Source: an uncultured Gammaproteobacteria bacterium
Lineage (GTDB): Bacteria > Patescibacteriota > Patescibacteriia > Patescibacteriales > UBA12465
Direction of reading: 5' to 3'
DNA: 63,320 nt
NCBI GenBank assembly: GCA_964572055.1
Contig: CAZNDY010000001.1
Span: forward strand, 1-63,320
This document shows, piece after piece, positions 10,132-21,008 of the stretch. The notes under the pieces are model-generated. The model ran no database searches. It saw only the letters and a program-made list of their open reading frames with translations, and was not told where the DNA came from. Positions within the stretch are counted from its first letter, which is position 1, and every line of letters begins with the position of its first letter. Position numbers and translations under genes: made by a program.

Positions 10132-10410
<279 letters not shown>

Positions 10411-10501
10411 TTTTTCTTATCATTTAATAAATGATTTTTGATAGCTGTCGATTTTTATCGATAGCCATTACAAATTATTTTCAAATTTTAAAAATAAATA
10501 T

Positions 10502-10990
10502 ATGGAATTACTTAGTGCTTTAGGCCTGGATTGGAAAATTTTATTAGCTCAATTTTTTAATTTTGCTATTTTAGTTTTTGTTTTATGGAAATTTGCTTAT
10601 AAGCCAATTTTTAAATTTTTAGAGGAGCGAAAAAATAAAATAGAAGAAGGGGTTAAGAATGCTGAGCAAGCTACTCAAAAACTAATTGAAATTGGAGAAA
10701 AAGAAAAAGAAGTTTTAGTTGAGGCCAAGAAAGAAGCTCTAAATTTGATAAATGAAGCTAAGGAAAATGCTGAAAAGAAAGGTGGAGAAATTATTAAAAA
10801 AGCCCAGGAAGAGGCAGCTTCAGCTATAGTTAAAGAAAGGGAAAAATTTAATCAAGAAAAAATTGAAATTTTTAAAGACATGAGAAACAATTTGTCAGAG
10901 TTGGTTATTTTAGCAGTAGAAAAAGTTATTGAAGAAAAAATGAACAACGAAAAAGACAGGGAAATAATAAAAAAAGCCTTAAACAACTAA
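10502..10990 (+). CDS. atpF: F0 ATP synthase subunit b
   Basis: N-terminal TM followed by a long E/K-rich coiled coil. Assignment rests on position in the operon. Confidence 0.85.
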   Translation: MELLSALGLDWKILLAQFFNFAILVFVLWKFAYKPIFKFLEERKNKIEEGVKNAEQATQKLIEIGEKEKEVLVEAKKEALNLINEAKENAEKKGGEIIKKAQEEAASAIVKEREKFNQEKIEIFKDMRNNLSELVILAVEKVIEEKMNNEKDREIIKKALNN

Positions 10991-10996
10991 TTTGGT

Positions 10997-11398
10997 ATGA
11001 AAATCAAAGCTAAACAATACGCTCAAGCCTTATTTTTAGAAACAAGAGATAAAAAAGGAGACGATCTTTTAAAAACTCTTGATAAATTTTTTGAGGTTTT
11101 AAAAGTTGATAATAATTTGTCTCAATTAGAAAAAATAGTTTTTTATTTTAATAATCTTTGGAATAAAGAATATTCTTTGGTAGAGGCAGAGATAACTTGT
11201 TCTCGTTTTTTAGAAAATGATTTAAGGAGTGATGTTGTGTCTTATTTAAAGAAAATTTCTCAAGCAGAGAATATTGAAATAAAAGAAAAAGAAGATAAAA
11301 AAGTTATTGGTGGTTTTGTTTTGAAATACGGTGATAAAATTATAGATGCTAGTATTAAAAATAAAATTAATTCTTTTAAAAATAGTTTATTAAACTAA
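10997..11398 (+). CDS. atpH: F1 ATP synthase subunit delta (short form)
   Basis: 133 aa between atpF and atpA, with a C-terminal IGGFVLKYGDKIIDASIK motif typical of delta/OSCP. It is shorter than usual. Confidence 0.65.
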   Translation: MKIKAKQYAQALFLETRDKKGDDLLKTLDKFFEVLKVDNNLSQLEKIVFYFNNLWNKEYSLVEAEITCSRFLENDLRSDVVSYLKKISQAENIEIKEKEDKKVIGGFVLKYGDKIIDASIKNKINSFKNSLLN

Positions 11399-11412
11399 AT
11401 TGATATAAAAAT

Positions 11413-12942
11413 ATGGAAAATAATTCAAAAGATTTTATAATTGAACAGATAAGGCAAAGAATTTCTGATTTTAAATCAGAGATTAAAGAACAAAACTTTG
11501 GTAAGGTAGTTGAGGTTGGTGATGGTATCGCTAAGGTTTCTGGTTTATCAGAGGCTATGATGTCAGAAATGCTTGAGTTTAAAACTGAGTCTGGCTCTGT
11601 TTTTGGTGTAGTTTTAAACTTAGAAGAGGATAGTGTCGGAGCTGTTTTACTGGGAGATGGTAGTGCGATTAAGGAAGGAGGAGAGGTTGTTGCTTTAAAA
11701 AGAATTTTAGAAGTTCCAGTAGGAGATGATATAATTGGACGCGTTTTAAATCCTCTAGGTTCTCCGCTTGATGGAAAAGAAAATATTAAAGCTGAAAAAT
11801 TTTATCCAGTAGAAAAAATTGCTCCAGGTGTTATTACTCGTCAATCTGTTGATGAGCCAATTCAAACTGGTATCAAGGCGATTGATGCCATGATCCCTGT
11901 TGGTCGTGGTCAGAGAGAACTTATCATTGGTGATCGTCAAATCGGTAAAACTGCTATTGCTATAGACACTATTATTAACCAAAAAGGGCAAAACATGAAA
12001 TGTATTTATGTTGCTATTGGGCAGAAAGAATCCAAGGTAGCAGGAATTGTGGCTAAATTACAGGCTGCTGGTGCCATGGATTATACTACCGTAGTTGTTG
12101 CTGGTGCTAGTGACCCTGCTTCACTTTTGTATATTGCTCCTTATTCTGGATGTGCCATGGCTGAATATTTTTTAGATAAAGGAGAAGATGTTTTGATTAT
12201 TTATGATGATTTATCAAAACATGCTGTGGCTTATCGTGAAATATCCTTACTTCTAAAAAGACCTCCTGGACGTGAAGCTTATCCAGGTGACGTGTTTTAT
12301 TTGCATTCACGTTTATTAGAAAGAGCTTGTAAGTTGAATAAAGATTTTGGTGGTGGATCAATAACAGCTCTTCCAATTATTGAAACTCAGGCTGGAGATG
12401 TTTCTGCCTATATTCCTACTAATGTTATTTCTATTACTGATGGTCAAATATACTTAGAGCCAGATTTATTTTATCAAGGTAATCGTCCAGCCGTTAATGC
12501 TGGTCTTTCAGTTTCTCGTGTTGGTAGTAGCGCTCAAATCAAGGCTATGAAAAAGGTTGCTGGTAAAATGCGTCTTGAGGCTGCTCAGTATAGAGAATTA
12601 GCTGCTTTTGCTCAATTTGGTTCTGATTTAGACGAAGAGACTAGAAAAAAATTAGAAAGAGGTAAAAGATTAATGGAAATATTAAAGCAAGATCAATATG
12701 AGCCGATGGATGTAGCTTTGCAAGTATCTGTTTTCTTTTCTTTAATTAATGGTTTAATGGACGATGTTCCAGTTGATAAGATTAGAGAATTTGAAAAAGA
12801 TTTGATTGAATATTTAAAAGACAATGCTGGTGATGTTTTAAAAAACATTAAAGAAGTTAAGATTATGGAAGAAAAAGATGAAGAAAAATTAACTAAAGTA
12901 GTTAATGATTATAAGGATACTTTAGATTATTTGATTAAATAA
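11413..12942 (+). CDS. atpA: F1 ATP synthase subunit alpha
   Basis: GDRQIGKT Walker A and overall alpha-subunit sequence. Confidence 0.97.
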   Translation: MENNSKDFIIEQIRQRISDFKSEIKEQNFGKVVEVGDGIAKVSGLSEAMMSEMLEFKTESGSVFGVVLNLEEDSVGAVLLGDGSAIKEGGEVVALKRILEVPVGDDIIGRVLNPLGSPLDGKENIKAEKFYPVEKIAPGVITRQSVDEPIQTGIKAIDAMIPVGRGQRELIIGDRQIGKTAIAIDTIINQKGQNMKCIYVAIGQKESKVAGIVAKLQAAGAMDYTTVVVAGASDPASLLYIAPYSGCAMAEYFLDKGEDVLIIYDDLSKHAVAYREISLLLKRPPGREAYPGDVFYLHSRLLERACKLNKDFGGGSITALPIIETQAGDVSAYIPTNVISITDGQIYLEPDLFYQGNRPAVNAGLSVSRVGSSAQIKAMKKVAGKMRLEAAQYRELAAFAQFGSDLDEETRKKLERGKRLMEILKQDQYEPMDVALQVSVFFSLINGLMDDVPVDKIREFEKDLIEYLKDNAGDVLKNIKEVKIMEEKDEEKLTKVVNDYKDTLDYLIK

Positions 12943-12944
12943 TT

Positions 12945-13898
12945 ATGGCTAAAACCAAAGAAATACAACGCAGAATAAAGTCTGTTAATAATACTAAAAA
13001 AATTACTAAAGCGATGGAAATGGTGGCGGCTGCTAAAATGAGAAAATCAGTTGAAGCAGTTCTTAAAACCAGAACCTATGCTAACTTGGCTTGGACTACT
13101 GTTTTGAATATTTCTGGTTCTTTGGAGGATGGAAAAAATTTACATCCTTTGCTTCATGTTAGACCAGAAACCAAAAGAGTCGCTATTATTTTAATAAGCT
13201 CTAATCGTGGTTTATGTGGAAGTTTTAATACTAACATTATTAATAAGGCTGTTGCTGGAATTAAAAAGCATGGAGATATAGAAACAGATTTTATTTTGTT
13301 GGGTAAAAAAGGTTTGGCTGTTAATAGTCGTTATGGCTATAATGTTGTGGCTGAATTTGATAAGCTTGATTTTGTTTCTGAAATAAAAGAAGTTATGCCA
13401 GTTGCTCGTTTAGCAATGGATGATTATTTGAATGGTAAATATGATAAAATATTTGTTGCTTATACTGATTTTGTTAGCGCTACTAAGCAAATTCCTCGAG
13501 TTAAGCAAATTTTACCAATTGACATAAATGTTGATGAGGAATACTTGGGAGTTGTTGGTCGTGACGAAAGAGTTGGTACAACTAAAGAGTATATTGCTGA
13601 AAAAGAGGCCAAATATTTAAAAGATAGTGAGTATAATTATTTATTTACTTATGAGCCGAGCCCAAGAGCAGTTCTAGATCAAATGGTTCCAAGACTAATT
13701 GAGGTTCAGTTATTTCAAGCCCTCTTAGAGTCTAATGCTTCGGAACATAGTGTGAGAATGGCTTCAATGCATCAGGCAACTGAAGCTGCTACTGATATAG
13801 TTAAAGAATTGGTTTTGTTCTATAATAAGGCTCGTCAAGCCGCTATTACTTCTGAAATTGCTGAAATTAGTGCCGGAGCTAATGCTTTAAAGGTTTAA
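12945..13898 (+). CDS. atpG: F1 ATP synthase subunit gamma
   Basis: MAKTKEIQRRIKSVNNTKKITKAMEMVAAAKMRK N-terminus and ITSEIAEISAGANAL C-terminus. Confidence 0.95.
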   Translation: MAKTKEIQRRIKSVNNTKKITKAMEMVAAAKMRKSVEAVLKTRTYANLAWTTVLNISGSLEDGKNLHPLLHVRPETKRVAIILISSNRGLCGSFNTNIINKAVAGIKKHGDIETDFILLGKKGLAVNSRYGYNVVAEFDKLDFVSEIKEVMPVARLAMDDYLNGKYDKIFVAYTDFVSATKQIPRVKQILPIDINVDEEYLGVVGRDERVGTTKEYIAEKEAKYLKDSEYNYLFTYEPSPRAVLDQMVPRLIEVQLFQALLESNASEHSVRMASMHQATEAATDIVKELVLFYNKARQAAITSEIAEISAGANALKV

Positions 13899-13929
13899 TA
13901 GATTTTCAATATAATTTATATAAAATTAA

Positions 13930-15327
<1,398 letters not shown>

Positions 15328-15329
15328 AT

Positions 15330-15764
15330 ATGCCAGATCAAAAAAGAATAAAATTTGAAATAGCAACCCCAGAAAGAGTAGTTTTAAAAGAAGAAATATT
15401 GCAAGTTACTGTTCCTACTCAGGAAGGTGAGATTACAGTGTTACCAAAACACTCTCCTTTGGTTTCGGTTCTAAGACCAGGTGTTTTAGAATTAAAAAAA
15501 ATAGATGGTGAAATAGAGATAATTTCAGTTTCTGGTGGTTTTGTTGAGGTTTTATTAAATAAAGTTATTATTTTAGCTGATACAGCTGAGAGAGCTGAAG
15601 AGATTGACATCGAACGAGCTGAAGAGGCTAGAAAAAGAGCTGAAGAATCTCTTAAGGACATGCGTAGTGTTGATGCTTCTCAGTTTGCTCAATTAGCTGC
15701 TCAGATTGAAAAAGAGTTGGCTAGAGTTAGATCAGCTAAAAAATGGAGAAGTTTAAGAAGATAG
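15330..15764 (+). CDS. atpC: F1 ATP synthase subunit epsilon
   Basis: 144 aa, last gene of the operon, with a beta-sandwich N-terminus and a helical AERAEEIDIERAEEARKRAEE C-terminus. Confidence 0.9.
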   Translation: MPDQKRIKFEIATPERVVLKEEILQVTVPTQEGEITVLPKHSPLVSVLRPGVLELKKIDGEIEIISVSGGFVEVLLNKVIILADTAERAEEIDIERAEEARKRAEESLKDMRSVDASQFAQLAAQIEKELARVRSAKKWRSLRR

Positions 15765-15805
15765 AATAATTAATATTTTTAAAGTAATTCAAGATGTTTT
15801 AGATA

Positions 15806-15833
15806 TAAAAATAGCCTTTAATGGCTATTTTTT
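15806..15833 (+). terminator. Terminator of the atp operon
   Basis: ATAGCC-TTTAAT-GGCTAT hairpin flanked by an A-run and a T-run. Confidence 0.65.
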
Positions 15834-15836
15834 GTA

Positions 15837-15865
15837 TTGACCAATAAAGATATATATAATATACT
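15837..15865 (+). promoter_or_regulatory. Candidate promoter of the small ORF
   Basis: TTGACC, a 17-nt spacer, then TATACT. Confidence 0.4.
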
Positions 15866-15904
15866 AAGCTAAGTTCTTTCTATTAACCATAAAAATATTT
15901 GACC

Positions 15905-16066
15905 ATGAAAAGTGAAAGACTTCAAAGGCCTGACAAAGGTTCTAAAAAGGAGAGTGATGATAATGCTCTCGACAAAAATTCTAAAGAATTTAAAAAAATA
16001 ACCCGAGGAGAGTCTTTGTCTTCTCAGAAATGGAAAAAAGACTTTTTTATTAAAGTTAATGGTTAA
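15905..16066 (+). CDS. Small lysine-rich hypothetical protein (53 aa, below the ORF-track cutoff)
   Basis: ATG...TAA encodes MKSERLQRPDKGSKKESDDNALDKNSKEFKKITRGESLSSQKWKKDFFIKVNG. It is framed by its own promoter-like element and terminator. I recognise no homology. Confidence 0.35.
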   Translation: MKSERLQRPDKGSKKESDDNALDKNSKEFKKITRGESLSSQKWKKDFFIKVNG

Positions 16067-16095
16067 AATTGGTGATTAATATTTTTTATTATTTA

Positions 16096-16124
16096 AAGCT
16101 CCATCAAGGGGCTTTTTATTTTTT
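16096..16124 (+). terminator. Terminator after the small ORF
   Basis: AAGCTCC-ATCAA-GGGGCTT followed by TTTATTTTTT. The stem has a G-U on the plus strand that becomes A-C on the minus strand, so it is plus-strand specific. Confidence 0.6.
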
Positions 16125-16340
16125 GTGGTCCGAGTGGTATTAAGTCACATTTTGTCGTGCAAAATGGCTTTTCTATACAGCTCTCGGCACGGGACACCAC
16201 CATCACATGATTTCGTTAAGTAAGCTATCAGCTCTTTTCTGTGAAGTAGCTATATGGGACTCACTAAGTGTTCTGGCCTGGCCTCGGTGTTGCACTTTGT
16301 GCACATCGCCTTCGGCTTTCAACCCCCATTCTTTTGTTAT
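16125..16340 (-). ncRNA. Unassigned G+C-rich structured-RNA-like segment whose 3' third is a degenerate tRNA-Cys copy
   Basis: Markedly more G+C than its flanks. Four overlapping 68-76-aa ORFs in different frames, a typical artefact of RNA genes in AT-rich genomes. Local hairpins are present. The strand call is tentative. Confidence 0.35.
16127..16137. repeat. 11-nt direct repeat of the tRNA-Cys 3' end (GGTCCGAGTGG, also at 16384-16394)
   Basis: Exact 11-mer match read directly from the sequence. Confidence 0.9.
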
Positions 16341-16342
16341 AC

Positions 16343-16379
16343 AAAAAAACCAACCCAAAGAAATTTGGATTGGTTTTTT
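16343..16379 (-). terminator. Terminator downstream of tRNA-Cys
   Basis: 12-bp stem AACCAATCCAAA/TTTGGGTTGGTT with loop TTTC and a T-run on the minus strand. The one non-canonical pair is G-U on minus and C-A on plus. Confidence 0.75.
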
Positions 16380-16382
16380 CAG

Positions 16383-16456
16383 AGGTCCGAGTGGGATTCG
16401 AACCCACGAGTGGCAGTTTTGCAAACTGCAGTGTTAAACCGCTTCACCATCGGACC
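16383..16456 (-). tRNA. tRNA-Cys (anticodon GCA)
   Basis: GGTCCGA-TG-GTGAAGCGGTTTAACAC-T-GCAGT-TTGCAAA-ACTGC-CACTC-GTGGG-TTCGAAT-CCCAC-TCGGACC-T folds as a full cloverleaf. Confidence 0.95.
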
Positions 16457-16573
16457 AAAATTATAAAAATATAATAATATATATCATCAAAAAAAGCAAT
16501 GGCAAGTTGACATTTTGATTGTAGATAATGTAAACTAATAGAAGTTCGTTAAAAAACCTAATATATAAAGAAT

Positions 16574-17143
16574 ATGAGACAAACCATCACAGACCAAAAA
16601 GCATATTTGGAAAATTTTTATCGGAGAAATTTTTCAATAGATGCCAATTTTTCTGGAATAAAGATACCAGAATTTGATGATCAAAAGTATTTTCTAATTA
16701 TTATTCCTGCTGGTTTATTTTTTGAAAAAGTTTTAGATGTGGCAGAAAAAATAATGGGTGTTAGAATAGAAAATAACCTGACTTTTGGAGGGAGAATTGC
16801 TTCTATTAGAGAGGCTGAAACTGATTATTTTGTTTTAGTTTCAAAAAATTTAACAAAATTAAGTTTTTTAGGTTCTGGATATGTATCTTCAAGAGCTAAA
16901 GACCAGGTCACCTTAACAGAAGGAATTATTTGTATGATGATTTTTTTTGAAAAAAACTCTTCAGGTTTTTATAATTTGATTTCTTCGATTTTTACTTGTG
17001 GAGCTTCTCGAATAGAAGGTAAAAGAAATATTTTATTACCTGGCTTGGTTTATGATAAAACAAACAAGATTATTCATATTGTTTGGTATGACGGTTTCTA
17101 TGCGGAAGCCAATATAGATAAGCTGGAGGTTTTGTCTTTTTAA
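16574..17143 (+). CDS. Hypothetical protein, paralog of the ORF at 49985-50755
   Basis: 189 aa with no family I recognise. Shares colinear motifs with the 256-aa ORF: SGIKIPE/SGLKVPE, KYFLIII/KHFLILV, TLTEG/TLLER, GASR/GSR, HIVWY/YVHWR. Confidence 0.65.
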   Translation: MRQTITDQKAYLENFYRRNFSIDANFSGIKIPEFDDQKYFLIIIPAGLFFEKVLDVAEKIMGVRIENNLTFGGRIASIREAETDYFVLVSKNLTKLSFLGSGYVSSRAKDQVTLTEGIICMMIFFEKNSSGFYNLISSIFTCGASRIEGKRNILLPGLVYDKTNKIIHIVWYDGFYAEANIDKLEVLSF

Positions 17144-17147
17144 TTTA

Positions 17148-17172
17148 TAAGGGGATTTTATTCCCCTTTTTT
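17148..17172 (+). terminator. Terminator after the 16574 ORF
   Basis: AAGGGGA-loop-TCCCCTT followed by a T-run. Confidence 0.65.
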
Positions 17173-17202
17173 ATTTAAAAAGCTGTTATAAAGTTTTATT
17201 TC

Positions 17203-17230
17203 TTGACATGTATTTTAATTATGCTAAAAT
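17203..17230 (+). promoter_or_regulatory. Sigma70-type promoter of groES-groEL
   Basis: TTGACA, a 16-nt spacer, then TAAAAT. Confidence 0.6.
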
Positions 17231-17234
17231 ATTT

Positions 17235-17261
17235 TTAGCACTCTCATAGTTAGATTGCTAA
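17235..17261 (+). promoter_or_regulatory. CIRCE operator (HrcA binding site)
   Basis: TTAGCACTC-N9-GATTGCTAA against the consensus TTAGCACTC-N9-GAGTGCTAA (one mismatch). It starts 5 nt after the -10, upstream of groES. Confidence 0.85.
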
Positions 17262-17346
17262 CAATATTTATAATTTATTATTTTATTGTTTAATTATTAT
17301 ACTTTTTAATTTTGAATTAAAAGTTAGTAATTAAACTATTTATTTT

Positions 17347-17637
17347 ATGAAACTTAAGCCTTTAAACAACAACGTGATTGTTAAAGCCTCCTCCAAGGAA
17401 GAGATTACTAAGTCGGGCATAGTTTTGCCAGACACAATAGATAAGGAAAAACCAGAACAAGGAGAGGTTGTCGCTGCTGGTCCAGGAAGATTGTTAGAAA
17501 ATGGATCAAGGTCAGAAATGTCAATTAAGATTGGTGATAGGGTTGTTTTTAAAAAATACTCTCCAGACGATATTAAGATTGACGGAGAAGAATATTTAGT
17601 GATTAGTGAAAATGATATTTTAGCAATTATTGAATAA
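17347..17637 (+). CDS. groES: Co-chaperonin GroES
   Basis: 96 aa, MKLKPLNNNVIVK...GIVLPDT...GEVVAAGPG. Confidence 0.95.
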   Translation: MKLKPLNNNVIVKASSKEEITKSGIVLPDTIDKEKPEQGEVVAAGPGRLLENGSRSEMSIKIGDRVVFKKYSPDDIKIDGEEYLVISENDILAIIE

Positions 17638-17647
17638 TTAAAATTAA

Positions 17648-19354
<1,707 letters not shown>

Positions 19355-19372
19355 AATAAAATTATTTATTTT

Positions 19373-19399
19373 AAAAAAGAGGCGAAAAGCCTCTTTTTT
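19373..19399 (+). terminator. Terminator after groEL
   Basis: AGAGGC-GAAAA-GCCTCT flanked by an A-run and a T-run. Confidence 0.75.
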
Positions 19400-19503
19400 G
19401 ATTAAAGAAATGTTATATTTATATTAAAATAATCAAAAGGTTGTTTTTTCTTTTTTTGAAATATGTTATAATTTCTTTATAATTATTTAAGCTTTGTTTG
19501 TGT

Positions 19504-19950
19504 ATGGTACATAAAAAGAAAAATAACGAAAAAATAAAAGTAGCTGTTAGTGGTAATTAAAACCCTCTTCATGTTGGTCATTTGGAAATGATAGAAAAGG
19601 ATAAAAAAATAGGAGATTATTTAATTGATATAATTAATAATGATTATCAAGTAAAGTTAAAGGGCAGTGTCCCTTTTATGAGCCAAAAAGATAGGGTCAA
19701 AATTATTAAAGCTCTTAGAGAGGTTGATGAGGTTTTTTTGTCTATAGACAAGGATAAAACTGTTTGTAAATCTTTAGCTAAAATTAAGCCAAACATATTT
19801 GCTAATGGTGGTGATCGAAAAAATCTTAATGATGTGCCAGAATATGATGTTTGTCAAAAACTTAAAATTAAAATGGTTGATGGACTAGGGAAAAAAATTC
19901 GCTCTAGCTCAATCTTAATTGCTGATGCAGCTAAAAAGAAAAAGAAATAA
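19504..19950 (+). pseudogene. Cytidylyltransferase-like (HxGH nucleotidyltransferase) gene interrupted by an in-frame TAA
   Basis: One frame reads MVHKKKNNEKIKVAVSGN*NPLHVGHLEMIEKDKKIGDYLI...ANGGDR. The TAA at 19558-19560 sits where the aromatic residue of the G-x-F/Y-x-P-x-H-x-G-H motif is expected. Confidence 0.7.
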
Positions 19951-21004
19951 AAACTTCTTAGATTTTAAAAAAATTATTTTTTTAATTTTAATTGTTTTTT
20001 TAATTTGTTTTTTTGCTTATATCAGGGCTGTAAATTATTCTTCTAATAAAAATCAGACCATTGTTTTTAAGATTGATGGGGGTAATAGTATTTCTGGGAT
20101 AGGAGAAGATTTGTATAAACAAAATTTAATAAAATCTAAATTTGTTTTTAAGCTATATATTCGTTTTTCTAAGAAAGAATTAGTTTTCAGAGAAGGTTCT
20201 TATGATTTGAATTATAATATGAACATTAAAGAGGTTGTTGAAGAGCTGACCAGAAAAATATCTTTAAAACCAGAAAAGACGGTTACTTTTATTGAGGGTT
20301 GGAGTGTTCGAGATTATTATAAAGTTTTAGAAAAAAATTTTTCAACCGAAGAAGAGGATTTTTTTAATATAGTTGGTGAGCCTATGCTCAACTACCAGCT
20401 TTTATCAAGTGGAATTAGGCCAAAAGATTTTTCAGGACAGTTTGATTTTTTAAAAGATAAACCAAACTATTATGGTTTGGAAGGATATTTATTTCCAGAT
20501 ACTTATCGTTTTTTTGAAGATGCTAGTTTGGAGGATGTTATAGTTCGAATGCTAAAGAATTTTGATCAGAAATTAACTAGTAAAATGAGAGAAGATATTA
20601 TTGCCCAGGGAAAAACTATTTTTGAAATAGTTACTATGGCCTCTATAATTCAAAAAGAAGTTCAAAGTGAAGATGACATGAAAATGGTTTCTGGTCTTTT
20701 TTGGAATAGGATAAAAAATGGGCAAGCTTTAGAGTCTTGTGCTACTTTGGCCTATATTCTGGGTGTTAATAAGGCAATTTATAGCTATGAAGACACTAGA
20801 ACGCCCTCGGCTTATAATACTTATATAAATAGAGGCTTGCCGCCAGGACCGATTTCTAATCCAGGAATTAAAGCTATTGAAGCTGCTATTTATCCAATAG
20901 AAAATAATTATAATTATTTTCTAAGTCGACCGGATACTAAAGAAACTATTTTTAGCATTACTTATGAAGAGCATTTGTTAAACAAAAATAAATATTTAAA
21001 GTAA
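19925..21004 (+). CDS. mltG: Endolytic murein transglycosylase MltG (YceG family)
   Basis: N-terminal TM, then YceG motifs LEGYLFPDTY, ASIIQKE and GLPPGPISNPG. The ATG at 19925 is preferred over the TTG at 19919. Confidence 0.85.
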   Translation: MQLKRKRNKNFLDFKKIIFLILIVFLICFFAYIRAVNYSSNKNQTIVFKIDGGNSISGIGEDLYKQNLIKSKFVFKLYIRFSKKELVFREGSYDLNYNMNIKEVVEELTRKISLKPEKTVTFIEGWSVRDYYKVLEKNFSTEEEDFFNIVGEPMLNYQLLSSGIRPKDFSGQFDFLKDKPNYYGLEGYLFPDTYRFFEDASLEDVIVRMLKNFDQKLTSKMREDIIAQGKTIFEIVTMASIIQKEVQSEDDMKMVSGLFWNRIKNGQALESCATLAYILGVNKAIYSYEDTRTPSAYNTYINRGLPPGPISNPGIKAIEAAIYPIENNYNYFLSRPDTKETIFSITYEEHLLNKNKYLK

Positions 21005-21008
21005 AAAT

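Noticed and set aside
16125-16340. Assignment of the G+C-rich block to tmRNA, RNase P RNA, SRP RNA or 6S RNA.
   Set aside because: The 5' GGGGG and the 3' end are not complementary, and there is no GGTTCGA T-arm or alanine-type acceptor, which rules out tmRNA. It has no GAGGAAAGTCC and ACAGAA...GGCTTA pair at P4-like spacing and is too short for RNase P. It has no GGAA/AGCA domain-IV motif for SRP. It has no end-to-end rod for 6S. Short resemblances such as AGGCCAGGCC and ACAGAAAAG...GCTTAC look coincidental.
16203-16474. Four overlapping ORFs (73, 76, 70 and 68 aa) on both strands.
   Set aside because: They overlap each other in different frames and run through the tRNA-Cys gene and its terminator. 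They exist only because this segment is G+C-rich and therefore stop-poor, so I read them as RNA or relic sequence rather than coding.
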